A stretch of 64,000 nucleotides of DNA, from assembly GCF_036321535.1 (NCBI RefSeq), contig NC_087437.1, positions 11,100,001 through 11,164,000 of the forward strand. Direction: 5' to 3'. Shown here one piece after another: positions 25,241 through 38,095 of the stretch. The stretch is from Camelus dromedarius. Lineage: Eukaryota. The stretch's first letter is position 1; each line of letters starts with the position of its first letter. The position numbers were made by a program, and so were the translations under genes. The notes under the pieces were generated by a model. The model saw only the letters and a program-made list of their open reading frames with translations, was not told where the DNA came from and made no database searches.

Positions 25241-25790
25241 AAAGGGAGATTAAGGTTGCAGACAGAATAAGGTTGCTAATCAACTGAATTTGGGATGGGG
25301 AGATTACCTATGTGGGCCCAACGTGATCTCAAGGGTCCTTTATCATTTTTTAAATATTTGGAGGGGGGAGGTTATTAGGTTTATCTATGTATTTATTTGA
25401 TAGAGGTACTGGGGACTGAACCCAGGACCTCGTGCATACTGAGCTTGCACTCTATACCACTGAGCTGTACCCCTCTCCCCAACCCCTTCTCACCTACTGT
25501 CCTTTAGATAGAGGGAGGCAGAAGAGCATGCCTGCAAGGTGAGAAGGACTTGGCCAGACATTGGTAGAAGGGGAGCGCAAGCCCAGGGCTTTGGGCAGCC
25601 TCCAGAAGCCAGGAGAGGCAGGAAAACAGATTCTCCCCTTGAGCCCCGGAGAGGAACACGTCCCTGCTGACACCTTGACTTTAATCTGGGGAGACCCGTG
25701 TTGGGACTTCTGACCTACTGAACTGTAAGACAGTAAATGTGTATTTCGTTAAGCCACTAAATGGGCGGTTACTGGTTACAGCAGCAGTAG
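25240..25790 (+). mobile_element. MaLR LTR (MLT1-type) with nested SINE
   Basis: gattaaggttgcagacagaataaggttgctaatcaactga...cttctgacctactgaactgtaagacagtaaatgtgtatttcgttaagccact. Confidence 0.75.
25346..25480 (-). mobile_element. vic-1-like SINE
   Basis: gaggtactggggactgaacccaggacctcgtgcat...ccactgagctgtacccc. Confidence 0.88.
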
Positions 25791-25899
25791 GACCCTCCCA
25801 CGGTACTGTTTTGCTGGCAGCCTGTGTCATTATTCTCTCTCCCACCCACACTTCCAGAACTCTGTTTCTCTCTACAGCCACGTGGTGAACCACTCAATG

Positions 25900-26135
25900 C
25901 CAGGAGAGTTTCTCAATGGGGGCATTTTGCCCCCCAGGGGACCTTTAGCAATGACTGGAGACATTTTTGTCACAACTGATGGGGGCGAGGGGGATTGGCA
26001 CTGGTATCTCTAGAGGGTGGAAGCCAGGGATGCTGCTAAACATCCAGTATAATGCACAGGACAACTCCCGCCCCCTTCCCCAAAGAATTATCCAGCCCCA
26101 AATGTTAGAAGCACCACTCAGGGGAAAACCTTGCT
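25900..26135. mobile_element. MER20 (hAT-Charlie)
   Basis: ttttgccccccaggggacctttagcaatgactggagacatttttgtcacaact...gccagggatgctgctaaacatcc. Confidence 0.8.
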
Positions 26136-26678
26136 CAAAACATACATCAGCGTATTCATAGAATATATGGGGCTGGGGGATAAGGCTCTACATTTAAAGT
26201 ATTCCTGTGTCTTCCCCCTCCTCCTTCCTAACCCCTGCTTTTTCTTTCTTTTTTTTTTTTTTTTCTTCTGGTCTTTATTCATCCCATGCATTTTCAAAGG
26301 GGTAGGTAATAGTGCCCTTAAGGGGTGAAAATTGATTCATGAGGGGCAAATAAATTAGTTATTACAATAGTTTGCAGCCCTCTGAAATGCAGCCCTGCCT
26401 GACAAAATCTTATTCCTTGGTACCTCATTTCTCCCATTATGGAGAATTTAATTGACATTTAATATTTTTTCCCTTAGGTGAGTGATAATGGGGAAAAAAG
26501 GTTGAGAAACACTGCTTTAGCTAAAGTGTGTCATCAATCCCGTCCAAGGATAGTCTTTTCTTCTGACCTTTTCTATTAGGTTTAAGGGGAACTTACCCCT
26601 AAGCTACTAGGGTAGTTATGTTGCTTAGCAAAGAACATTAATAAATAAATATTTTTGCAAGCTAGTAAGTTCATTTTT

Positions 26679-26817
26679 ATTTAAAAAAAACAAACGTTTG
26701 GGGGTGATTAGATTTATTTATTTATTTATTTATCTTTAGAGGCAGCATTGGGGATTGAACCCAGGACCCTGTGCATGCTAAGCATGCACTCTACCACTTG
26801 AGCTATTCCTCTTCCTC
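26679..26817 (-). mobile_element. vic-1-like SINE
   Basis: ggggattgaacccaggaccctgtgcatgctaagcatgcactctaccacttgagcta. Confidence 0.9.
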
Positions 26818-27156
26818 CTTTTTTTTCAATTTAGTAAATTCTTTTTTCTTTTTTCTGTTTTTCAGAATCTCTTCTAGACATATTTAAATATGTTCAGTAG
26901 TGTTAAAACTGTGTGGGGGGGAGAAAGTTAACATTTGGAAATGATCAATGTCAAAGTCAAAGACATTATAAACTGACAAAAGAGGCATGTCTGTCAGGGC
27001 ATTCTAAAAATGTGTTTGCCCATGGAAGGTAATATTCGAAGTAAAGATAGAACCTCATAAACTTGAAAAAGAAAGTGCTCATTAAATGTTTTATCTGTTG
27101 TTAGAGAATCAGTCACACTGATTGGTCATGTGATACTGAGTCCCTCCCAACTCATT

Positions 27157-27922
27157 CTTTCTTTTTTTTTTTAAATTGAAATATAGTCAGTTTACAACGC
27201 TGTGTCAATTTCTGGTGTACCGCACATTGCTTCAGTCATACATGAACATACATATATTCGTTTTCATATTCTTTTTCACCATAAGCTACTTCAAGATATT
27301 GAATATAGTTCCCTGTGCTATGAACTATGAACTTGTTGTTTATCTACTTTATATATGTTAGTATCAGCAAATCTGGAACTCCCAATTTATCCCTTCCCAC
27401 TCCCTTTCCCCCTGGTAACCATAAGTTTGTTTTCTATGTCTGTGAGCCTGTTTCTGTTTTGTAAATAAGTTTGTCTTTTTTTTTTTTTTAATTCCACATA
27501 TGAGTGGTATCATATGGTATTTTTCTTTCTCTTTCTGGCTTACTTCACTTAGAATAACATTCTCTAGGGCCATCCATGTTGCTGCAAATAGCATTATTTT
27601 ATTATTTTTTTATGGGTGAGTTCCATATTCCACTGTATAAATATACCAAAACTTCTTTATCCAGTCCTCTGTTGATGGACATTTAGGTTGTTTCCATGTC
27701 TTGGCTCTTGTAAATAGTGCTGCTATGGACTGGGGTACAGGTATCCTTTTGAATTAAGGTTCCCTCTGGATATATGCCCAGGAGTGGGATTGCTGGATCA
27801 CAAGGTAAGTCTACTTTTAGTCTTTTGAGGAATCTCCATACTGTTTTCCCTAATGGCTGCACCAAACTACATTCCCACCAATAGTGTAGGAGGGTTCCCT
27901 TTTCTCCACAGCTTCTCCAGCA
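27157..27922 (-). mobile_element. 5'-truncated lineage-specific L1
   Basis: Minus ORFs [33 protein letters not shown] and FAATWMALENVILSEVSQKEKEKYHMI match the L1 ORF2 end; A-rich tail at 27157-27172. Confidence 0.93.
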
Positions 27923-29164
27923 AGTAAATTCATTTTTAAATGTGCATGCTTATGAATTTTTTAAAAACTACATAAAGATGATGTACAAACTTACTGTTCA
28001 GCTGCTAACATCTAACTTAAGATATTTTCCTGTTTTTACCTCTTCTTCATTTTTCCTAGGACAGGTCATTGATTTGAAGAAGGAAAATCTAGTAGAATGC
28101 CACAGTAATGAATACAGAACCACAGATACTGGAAATTCTAAAATAGAAGATTTTCAGTTTAACATCACGTAATACTTTTTGTTTTCTGTTAAGCAATACT
28201 TCAAAATTTACCTACTTATATTATAATTATTAACAATGCTTAAGAGAAGTGTTTAGAAAGGTCAAAGAATGGCACAGTCATGGCCTGAACTTTACATTAG
28301 TCCAAAAGGAATGGGGAGGGTTTCTTTTGTGTGTATATCATTTGTTCTTTCTTTCCTTCCATCACTTATGTGCAGAAACTTTTCTTTTCCACAAAGAGAA
28401 AACTAAACACCTTCTTACCTTTCCTCACCCCCGAAACAAACCAGTCCAATAAATCAAAACCAAACACAAATGTAATTGTAACCTTATGTTTTGTCCTGGA
28501 TATGAAGTAAGGAGGGAGCATGCGCCTTGGGCAGCTGTGAGCCACCCTGGCATAATGACACTTGTGATACTGATTCTTTGAATGATTAAATGATTACTCG
28601 GTTATTTGAGTGATGTCACCCTGCTGCAGGTCCTCTGGCTATTTTGCTTTCATTCTGCGAATGTATTAAAAATTTAAGTCCCAGTTTGAACTTTCATTTA
28701 TGCTGAGATCAGCCCAGTGGATTGCCTCATTATACAGCGCCTGCAGGGGTGGCACTTCTGGGCAGGCAGCCAGCGTGCTCTCGGGGCAGCAGGAACAATT
28801 TCAGCTCAATTTACAAAGCAAAAGAATAGGCTCCGGTTGACCTGCAAGGACCAACTCTGCAAGAATGAGTGCTTACCAAAATGATGATTATTCACAGCTT
28901 GCCCCTCTTCCTGAGAACATAAAGCATTCTTCAGAGATATTATCCCCCTTCTTTAAATGAAAGCACCCATCCTGGCTCTCTTATAAGAAAAAAAAATTTT
29001 CCCCCCAGAGAAAACCAGAAGACCTTATCTAATAGATTTTCTAAAAACCGATGAAAGGTTGCTAAGGGATGCATGTAATAAATGACTGCTAAATCCTGGA
29101 CGAACGGTGAGGCACAACAGTGATGACTACCCAGTAGGACCCACTCCAACCTAATTCACTCACT

Positions 29165-29290
29165 TTTTCTTTTCTTTTCTTTTCTTTTCTTTTTTTAAAT
29201 GTTTTTTTAATGGAAGTACTGGGGATTGAACCCAGGACCTCACGCGTGCTGCGCATGTGCTTGCTCTACTGCTGAGCTGTACCCACCCCA
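29165..29290 (-). mobile_element. vic-1-like SINE
   Basis: gtactggggattgaacccaggacctc...ctgagctgtaccc. Confidence 0.85.
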
Positions 29291-29514
29291 TCACTTCTTC
29301 TTGTACCTTACAGGTGATGGTAAAGATTCCTTGGTTCTTCTGGTTGTCCTTGCAGGTTATGCAAACAAAGATGAACTGGGTGAAGTCAGCCTTCCAAGAG
29401 TGGAACTGAGCCTCTGTGCTGCTTACCGAAGCCCTTCCAGCACCAGAACGTAAACTCCTATGAGCTGTGAGCTCTGCTTTTCCTTTCCTCGTCTTATTGG
29501 AGTGACTTCGGGGT

Positions 29515-30100
29515 GTCTGCATTTGTCCTCTGTTGCTTCTGTAAAAAGTTACAAGTTTAGTGTCATAACACAAACGTATTATCTTCCAGTTCTGGAGGTC
29601 AGAAGTCCAAAGTAAGTGGGTCTTGCTGGGCGAAAATCCAGGTAACCGCAGGGCTGCATTTCTTTCTGGGGCATCTAGGGGGAGATCTGTTTGCTGTTTT
29701 TCCAGCTTCTAGAGGTTTGCCCATATTCCTCCCCTTATGGCTCCCTTCCATCTTCAAAGCCACCAGGGCCCAGTCTGCTCTTCCCCAACCTGTACCACGC
29801 TGACGTTGGCTTTCTGCTCCCCCACATCCCAGCTGATTTAACAACCTGAATTTATTTATTTATTTATTTTTAAATTTTTTGTGGGGGGAGGCAATTGGGT
29901 TTATTTATTTATTTTTAGAGGAGGTACTGGGGATTGAACCCAGGACCCTGTGTATGCTAAGCATGTGCTCTACCACTTGAGCTATAGCCTCCCTGACACC
30001 TACAATTTTAATTCCCCCTGTCATGTACCAGAAGATACTCATAGGTTCTGCAGAGTCATGTCACAAAATGTGCACGCCTTTGGGGGTGTTGTTCTGCTTG
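29515..30100 (-). mobile_element. MaLR LTR (MLT1-type) with nested SINE
   Basis: tattatcttccagttctggaggtcagaagtccaaa...tttccagcttctagagg...ccatcttcaaagcc. Confidence 0.75.
29850..29995 (-). mobile_element. vic-1-like SINE
   Basis: gaggtactggggattgaacccaggaccctgtgtatgctaagc...cttgagctatagcctcccc. Confidence 0.9.
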
Positions 30101-30409
30101 CCACAGCTTCTTTGACTGTCAGGCAGCAATGAAACCATTGAAGCATCAACCATACTGCTCTCTCTCTCTGCTCAGTAAAACTCTCCCTTCTTTCTTGTTC
30201 AGACACCTTTGCACAGACTTCATCTCTCAGGATCTCTTGTACCTTTCCTTCATCTCCATTCTCCCACTTGGCCCCCCTTTCAACTGCCTTTTCCCTATCA
30301 TCTGAATTTCTACTCATAATTCAATCATAAGACACCACTTTAGTGATGGCATTTCTGACTCTTCCATGACAACTGTTTCGTTCTTCCATTACAGCTCCTT
30401 CTACACATC

Positions 30410-31030
30410 ATTTATTTGTCCATTCCACAAATATTTATTGAGGAATAACCATGTGTCAGGAGAATGAAATACACCAGTGAACGAGATGTATAAGGTCCCT
30501 GCTCCCCTGTGCCCCCTATTTTAGTAGTGGTGACAATAAACAAGTTTGTAAATAAAATAATTTCATATAGTGACAAGAGTTGTGGAGCAAAGGTGGCTGA
30601 CATTAAATAGGAATTAGGGAGGTCTCCCGAAAGAGATGAAACAGATAAGATGTGGAGGCTAGGAGTCTCCCAGTGATGACCTGAGAGAAACGTGTTCCAG
30701 GCAGGAGGAATAGCAAATGTAAAGACCCTGAGTTGGGAATGAGCTTGGGAGGTAAGAAAAGGAGGCCTGAAATCAGGGAGAGTGGAAGGGGATGAGGTTG
30801 GGGAAAGAGGCAGGGCCCAGGTCACATGGGACCATCTAAGCCAGGGGAAAGACCTTAGATTTCATTCCATGGGAAATGAAGAGCTATTGGAGGGTTTTAA
30901 GCTGGGAAGTGATGTAGTTTGATTTAGCTTTTAAAAAGATCACTAAGAATGGATGTTGGGTGGGGGCGGGATGGCGAGAGTAGAGGCAGAGAGACCAATT
31001 AGGAGGCTGCTGTCATTGTCAGGATGAGAA
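30410..31030 (-). mobile_element. L2 3' fragment
   Basis: cattccacaaatatttattgag...gttccaggcaggaggaatagcaaatgtaaagaccctgag. Confidence 0.7.
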
Positions 31031-31657
31031 GTTTATCACGTTTTTCCATGAACTAGAAAAACAGAAACCAACAGGGTTAAAAAATTAAATTCATAATGAC
31101 TCTTAAATTAAAAATAAAACTGACAATGGCTAAAAGTTAACATGGTAAGTTTTGTGGTCGACTCAAAAATAATAGAATTAAATCTGGGTGAAATGAAGGT
31201 CTACAAAATTTGGTAAAGCAGATAGACTTGGAAGAAATAAGTCCTTGACAGAAATCTTAATGGTTGAAGTTCTGTTTGAGGAGAAAAAAAATCTGATCAA
31301 TGAAGTAACTTTTTGAAATAAGATTTTGAGGGAGAAATTTCATTTTTAGGAAAATGATTCCAGCAAGCCAAAGTGAAAGTGTGAAATATTTGAAATAGTT
31401 TAACTTCACCATACACAAAATTGATTAATTATTGATTTGTTCAGCAATAGATTATTCAAGTCAGATTGGCCTAATGGATTTCTGTAGTTCATACTTTCTT
31501 TCTGAAAATTTATCAATGTTGGGATAATTTTGACTAAAATATTTGAATTCATAAGCTTGTCAAAGAATCATCTCTCTATGGGCTTGAAATGACTGCCATT
31601 AAAAAAATCCTATGGGTTTTTTTAGGCTAAGTTGGCAGATTCAAAACGGTAAGCTCC

Positions 31658-31785
31658 AGGGGCAAGGGTGTAGCTCAATAGAAGATTGTATGCTTAGCAT
31701 GTACCAGGTCCTGGGTTCAATCCCTAGTACCTCCATTAAGAGAAAATAAATAAGCCTAATTATCTGCTTCTGCCAAAAAAAAGCA
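31658..31785 (+). mobile_element. vic-1-like SINE
   Basis: gggtgtagctcaa...ggtcctgggttcaatccctagtacctcc. Confidence 0.85.
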
Positions 31786-32309
31786 AAGTTGGTAGACTCT
31801 CTCTCAAAATAGTAAGCTCTAAAATTTTTTAAATGTAAAAATTAATTTAAATTCAAATTTTCAAGTATTTTCATTGTAATACTGATATAAAAATTTGAAA
31901 TGTTTTTGAAGATGTACAAAGTAAAAAGAAAAAAAATCTATAGCATCACCACTGAAACAAAACCATTGTAAGCCTTTTGATGGATTCTTCCAATCTTTTC
32001 TTATGCATATAATTTTTTTAATAGTTGTCATATGACTTCATATGCAATTTTTATACTGATTTTCTCACTGAACATTAGATTATTGACATTTTCACGGTAT
32101 TACCTCATCTTCATAAACATTCTTCTTAAAGTTTAGGGGGAATTTATTCATATTTTCTTTTGGTTGGGCAGTTAAGGATTTGCCAATTTTGTAGTAATAA
32201 ATAAACAGAGCTATATATAACTTCACAAAAAGATTAGAAATATTTAGGATTATTAGGACAGAGTCCCAGAAGTGGAATTATGGGGTCAAAGGATTCTTTA
32301 TTCTTTTAA

Positions 32310-32440
32310 ATTTTATTATTTTTAGGGGGGTAGATAATTAGATTTATTTGTTTATTTTTAGAGGAGGTACTGGGGATTGAACCCAGGACCCTGTGCATGC
32401 TAAGCGTGCACTCTACCACTTGAGCTATACCCCCCCCCCT
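32310..32440 (-). mobile_element. vic-1-like SINE
   Basis: Full body; flanked by the direct repeat tttattcttttaa. Confidence 0.9.
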
Positions 32441-32923
32441 TTTTATTCTTTTAATTTGGAAGAAAGAGACTGATTTCCACTAGTGATACCCTGACCATTG
32501 AGAACAGTGAGAAAGCAAGTCCAGCACCTAATAACAGCCCCTCTGTACTTCTCTACCAGTATGTTCTCTACTGATTATCTTGGAAGATGGCGATGTTTAA
32601 GGGGAACTGAACAGTTTTTGTGTTTAAAGTAAGTTTTATTTTCATCAAGCTAAAAAATTTACATACTTTAAGTAATCAAATAGTACAACAAGGTTTACGA
32701 TGAATAACAGGGGTACCCTGCCCCTTCTTCCCCATCCTTAACTCTTTCAGTATCTCCCTGGTATTTCTAAATGATATCCTTAAAAATGCTATTTTTTTTC
32801 TTGTTCCTAGTATGTTGTTTCTTAGTTCTTACATTCTTTATCATGATAGAATCTTCCCTCAGAAGTCTAGTGATCCACTGCTATCTGTTTATATATGAAT
32901 GAAGCATTAAAATGCTGATCGGA

Positions 32924-32928
32924 CGTGT

Positions 32929-32994
<66 letters not shown>
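32924..32994. repeat. (TG)n microsatellite
   Basis: About 35 TG units with one interruption. Confidence 0.97.
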
Positions 32995-32995
<1 letters not shown>

Positions 32996-33249
32996 AGGGA
33001 GCTCTAGGAAACTGTTGGCTGCAATGCTACAGTATAGGATGGGATCTGTTGCGTCACTTATGCAAACTTTCAACCAATCCCACTGTTTGTAGTCTCACTT
33101 TTCACCTTGAACTCAGAGAAAATCTTTCCAGGTGTTGGCTCTACTAGGCCATGTTTATTTATCTACCTATTAGATCCCTGTGGCTTCAGGGGAATCTGGA
33201 CATGTTTGAATTTTCAATGTCCTTGATCTGCTGATTGCCTCTTTTGTTA

Positions 33250-33790
33250 GTCATAGTCATCGATTACTGAGTTACCAATTACCCTAAATCTTATTGGCTT
33301 AAAACATCAACATTGATTATCTTACCTTTCTGTGGGTCAGAAATCCATAGGCAGCTTAACTGGGTTCTCTGCTTCAGGGTCTCCGTGGGCTAAAATCAAG
33401 GTATTGGTTGTGGCTGGAGTTCTCTTGGGGCTGAGCTGGGGAAAGATCTGCCTGAGCTCCCGCACTGCTTGTTGGCAGGATCCAGTTCCTTGTTGGCTGT
33501 TGTTCAGCCAACAAGTTCTTTACCATGTGAGTCTCTCCAGAGGGCAGCTCCCAAGGTTGCTGCTTGCTTTATTGGGATGAGCAGGTAAGGAGAGCCAGAA
33601 AGAGAACAAGATAGTCTCAGGCTTTCATAACATAATCTCAGAAGTAACATCGCATCACTTTGCTATATTCTGTTTTTAGAAGCAAGTTACTACGTCCAGT
33701 TCACACTCAAGGCTCAAGGGGAGGGGATTGTACAAGGGAGTAAATACCAGGAGGTAAGGGTTCTGGGGGACCCTCTTAGAAGGCTGCTGA
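33250..33790 (-). mobile_element. MaLR LTR (MLT1-type)
   Basis: tggcttaaaacatcaacattgattatctt...tctgtgggtcagaaatcc...catcactttgctatattctgt. Confidence 0.7.
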
Positions 33791-33844
33791 CCATGGCCCT
33801 CCAGAGAGCACTCCTGCTGCAAAAACTCTGTCTTCCTGTCTAGC

Positions 33845-34010
33845 AGAGCTGGCTTCTCAGACTTCACTGTGCATACAAGTCACCAGGAGCCCTGGTTAGC
33901 AGGCAGATTCTGCTTCAGTAACTCCAGAGCTGGGCTTGAGATGCTGCATTTCTTACTGGCCCCCAGGTGATGCCAATGCATTTGGTCCGGGACCACACTT
34001 TGAACAGGGA
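33845..34010. mobile_element. MER5A-like hAT MITE
   Basis: cagattctgcttcagtaa...tgcatttctt...ccaggtgatgccaatgc...ggaccacactttga. Confidence 0.7.
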
Positions 34011-34819
34011 GGTAGTAGATGATCAAAGTGCCTCTTAGCTTGCTCCGAAGAAATTACATTTGGCCTCTTTGCTAAAATTCTCTTCTGAGACTCTCTTCCC
34101 ATACAGAAAAGATCAACGCTAGTCCACAAGCCCCGTATGTTAGTTACAGATGATAGTCTTGGACCTCCCCATGTTTATCTGCAGTGCCTGTAAAACAGTG
34201 AAATCCAGATATGTAAATAATCAGTATGCAGTCTGTAGGTTAAGTGGTAAGGAATTTCCTCTCCAATTTTCTTTTATAGAAACTATCATGAGGAGGAAAA
34301 ATGAGTTTTTATGTGAATTTAGAAGCTCAGAGATGGTCCTGGATATTGATCGAGATTTAAATCATCATCCTATTCTTACTACTATCGAAATATTTTGTAT
34401 TTCTTACACAGCCAGAAAGGAGAAGGGTCTAAGCCTTAGAAATATATTTATTTTCTAGATTGTTAGTAGGTAAATTTATAGATAATTGGCAAAGTTTCAT
34501 TGGTGACAAGCATAATGATTTAATGATAATAGTAGGTTTCTCCTATAGTCTATGGGCAGAAATACACCCACCCCTTGAGCAATAACTGAAGTCAGAAGCC
34601 CAGGCATTGTGGGCTATGCCTTAAAGCAAAGACTTCCTTGCATTTAGAATTCTATCCTGTCGTATACCATACATATTACAGGGCAGAAATCCTGCTTGCT
34701 TGGAGGCACGATGCAGATAACCTGGAAAGAGGCAGCCTCTAAGCTTTGTGCGCTTAGTCACGTAGGTGATACAGTGACTGCTTAAGCCGATCAGTTCTCT
34801 GGTGGTAGATGCTACTGGT

Positions 34820-34990
34820 CTCTAAGCCAGTGCACCAGAATCACCTGGAGGGGGTGTTAAAATACAAATTGCTGGCATCCCCTGCAGAGTTTCTGATTCA
34901 CTGTGTTTGCAGTGGTGCCCAAGCAATTGCAATTCTCACAGCATCTAACAGGCTGATGCTACTGATCCAGTGGCCGGGCTTTGATAACCA
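34820..34990. mobile_element. MER5A-like hAT MITE
   Basis: cagaatcacctggagggggtgttaaaatacaaattgctgg...gagtttctgattca. Confidence 0.7.
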
Positions 34991-36104
34991 TTCATCCGGA
35001 TTACCTTCCTAGGGAGGGAAGGAAGCACTGAAGAATCCACCAGCTGAGGAGAGTTGCTGATAAACTGAGGCTGAGAGGGGAGGAATTGATTGCTGGAAAA
35101 AGAGACACCTGAGCCTCTAAGTCGCCTGTGAGTGTTGGTGAGAATTTGGGGCAGAGAATTTAGGAGGACGGTCAGTTAATGGAGCCACTCCAGGACAGAT
35201 TCCACCGCTGGGAGGGATTTCTCAATTAGATGAGTTTTCAAAAGAAGACATAGGAAAATTAGGTGGGAAAATCTGTGAAAGGACCAGCAATATGTATTGC
35301 TCCTTTAGTAAGATAACATGCCCCGTTGTTAGAGCTAGCTTTTGTACTTGATGTTTTTTTCTTCACCCCTCCTTCCCAGAAAAATTATTGTAGGTTTGTT
35401 TTTCAAACTATGATAGAGAATATTGAAGATAATCAGGCATTTCTTATTGTATTTTATGTATTGAACTGCCTTGCAACTTTTTCTTTATTTTCATATTTGC
35501 TTAGTATGTTATTAAATCAATGGAACACTTGAAAAAAATTCCAGTAGGGTATCCAGATGGCATTAGATACTTCTCCACTCTATTCAATGAGGCATCTTGG
35601 CCAGATGGTTTCTACTGTGGATGGGCTTGGATTTTTATGTGACGTTGTATATATTGCACTCATTACATGTAGACATAAAACTGTTTTCTTACTAGATTCT
35701 TCTCTGAGGGAGCTGTCCCGTTCCATCAGATAATAATTATTTATGTTGGACAATAAAGGACTCAGAATAGGCGACAGACTGGGTCTGTATTTGAAGTGTC
35801 ATTCTACTGACCTTCAGCTCCACACAGCATAACCTCAAAAATGGAAGCATCATCTGGAGTGGAAGCCTTTCTGTGCCCACTTGTTACCTGATTCATTCCT
35901 GTCTCTGGAGCATCCATTCTCCTTATCCTAACACTTAGAAAATGCTGTCAGGAGAGGGGATGAAAATGTTCACCTTGAGAAGTACAGCATCTTAAAGCTG
36001 AGACTGTAATGTGGTCCTCAAGTCAAGGTGAACTGCATATGCTACTCTTTAGAATTGTTCCCTGTTTGAACAGTGACAGCTGCACAGTGTGTTCCATCTT
36101 ACGT

Positions 36105-36590
36105 TCTATTCACAATATGACCTTGATGCTCCTCTTATGAAGAGATGAAGTCTGTGTGCCCTACCTTCAACTCTCTGTGTGCTTGTTACTTCCTTTGTAA
36201 GCAATAATGCAGCAAAACTGATGCTGCCTGACTTCTGAAGCTCAGGCAGAAAAGGTGATGCAACTTTTGCCCTGTTCTCTGGGACACTTAAAATGGAGCC
36301 CTGAGCTGCGCTGTGAGCATCGTGTTGTAAGGGAGCCCACATGGAGACACCACGTGCAGAAGACTTGCACCTACCTGGAGAGAGAGAATGGCTGGGCTGG
36401 CCCTTCGCGCTCCAGCCCCTGCTATCTGGGCTCTGCTTACTGTCTGATTGCCACTAATGAGAGACACTGAGCCAGAAATGCCCAGCCAAATGCCTGACCC
36501 ATAGAAACCATCAGAGATAATAAAATAATTGCTCCATTTAAAACTGCTACGTTCCGGGGTGTTTGGTTCCACTGCAGTAGTAACTGGAAT
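36105..36590 (+). mobile_element. MaLR LTR (MLT1-type)
   Basis: cccagccaaatgcctgacccatagaaaccatcagagataataaaataattgctccatttaaaactgcta...gcagtagtaactggaatac. Confidence 0.7.
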
Positions 36591-36809
36591 ACTCCTGTAA
36601 GAGGAGAGGATGAGTGGAAGCTACATCCCTGAGGTGTCCTTAGTTACTAATAGGAGAAATAGACTCTGATGTAATGACGCAAACATAATGAGATACAGGT
36701 CCAAGTTAAGAAGTTAGAAAAATCAAATTAAAACAGAACAGAAGGAGAGAGATCAAGATAAAGAGCAGGGAAAAAAAAGCAGAAAAAAAAAAAAAAAACA
36801 CCAACAGAG

Positions 36810-36945
36810 TAGGGAGGGTATAGCTAAGCATGCACAAGGTCCTGGGTTCAATTCCTCAGTGCCTCCCTTAAAATCAGTCTGATTGATTTTATACCTAATT
36901 ACCACCCCCTAAATAAACAATACATTTTTAAAAATGCAAAAAAAG
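36810..36945 (+). mobile_element. vic-1-like SINE (internally deleted)
   Basis: gggagggtatagctaagcatgcacaaggtcctgggttcaatt. Confidence 0.82.
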
Positions 36946-37229
36946 GAGCAGAAATCAGAATTGAAGACAAATACTGCACAATGAATCAATAAAGCCAAAA
37001 ACTGAGTCCTTGAAAAAGTTAATAAAGTAGATACATCTCTTATAGGACTGATTAATGAAAAAAAAGCACAAATGAACAAAATTAAGAATGATAAACTATA
37101 GAACTGTTAGCGGGGAAGAGATAATAAGAAAATTAGACACGTTTATTCCAATAAATCTGAAAACTTAAACTTCAAACATCATGGATACAATAATAATTTA
37201 TCGCACTGACTCAGGACAAGTGAGAAAGT

Positions 37230-38095
37230 CTCTAAATCTGTAACGGTGAATATAACTACCATGAGTTACATGTGGCTTTTGACCCTTGAAACATAGCTGG
37301 TGCAGCAGAGGGACTCAATTTTACATTTTGTTTAATTTTAACTAATTGAAATTAAAAAACCGGAACAGTGTAAAATATTTTCCTGTTCAGCACGACTGTT
37401 TCAGTAGACTGTATTCCACTTTATTGCATCTCATGAGATGTTATTACCGCCTTGCAGTGCGTGTGTCAGAGGTGTGCCTCGTTTCCGGATTGCACATAAA
37501 CACGTCACTCATCGTGATGGTGTCAATGGATTTACTCAGTCTGAATGATTTTTTTCCCTACACACGGATAGAATATTGCAATATGTTTACTTGAATATTT
37601 TATGAAGATACAAAATGAGAAGACATGATTTACACAGTGATACCTATATAACTGGTAATTAGGTTGAAATGTTTATTATTTACTTATAATGTAATTAAGT
37701 TCTTTTTCTAGTTAAAAAAAAGTATAGAAAAAATTTTGTTTACGATAAAAGCACAATTGGCAATGAGATAGAAGCTAGTACTATGACCAAGGCAGTAGAG
37801 ACCAAAAAAAAAAAAAAGAGCCTGGAAAAGGGACATCACAAATATCATGATGCTGAATAGCAGTTGCAGATTGCTGTGGCAGAGGAAACGGCCAAAGCTG
37901 TTTGTTGACATGTGATGATGTCACTGCTTCGTCACAGATATGCTGTGCATGCTTGTGTTTTAGACACATCTCTGTTTTCATTTCTAATAGACAGATATCA
38001 GTAACTATAGCCCAGGAAAAAAGCACTCTGTGGTCTTCAGTAATTTCAAGAGTGTAAAGGGGTTCTGAGATCAAAATATTTGAGAACAGCTGCTC
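37230..38095. mobile_element. hAT-Charlie transposon remnants
   Basis: agagtgtaaaggggttctgagatcaaaatatttgagaacagctg resembles a Charlie1-type end. Confidence 0.5.

Noticed and set aside
32867..33147. CV/TH-repeat ORFs
   Set aside because: Translation of the TG microsatellite.
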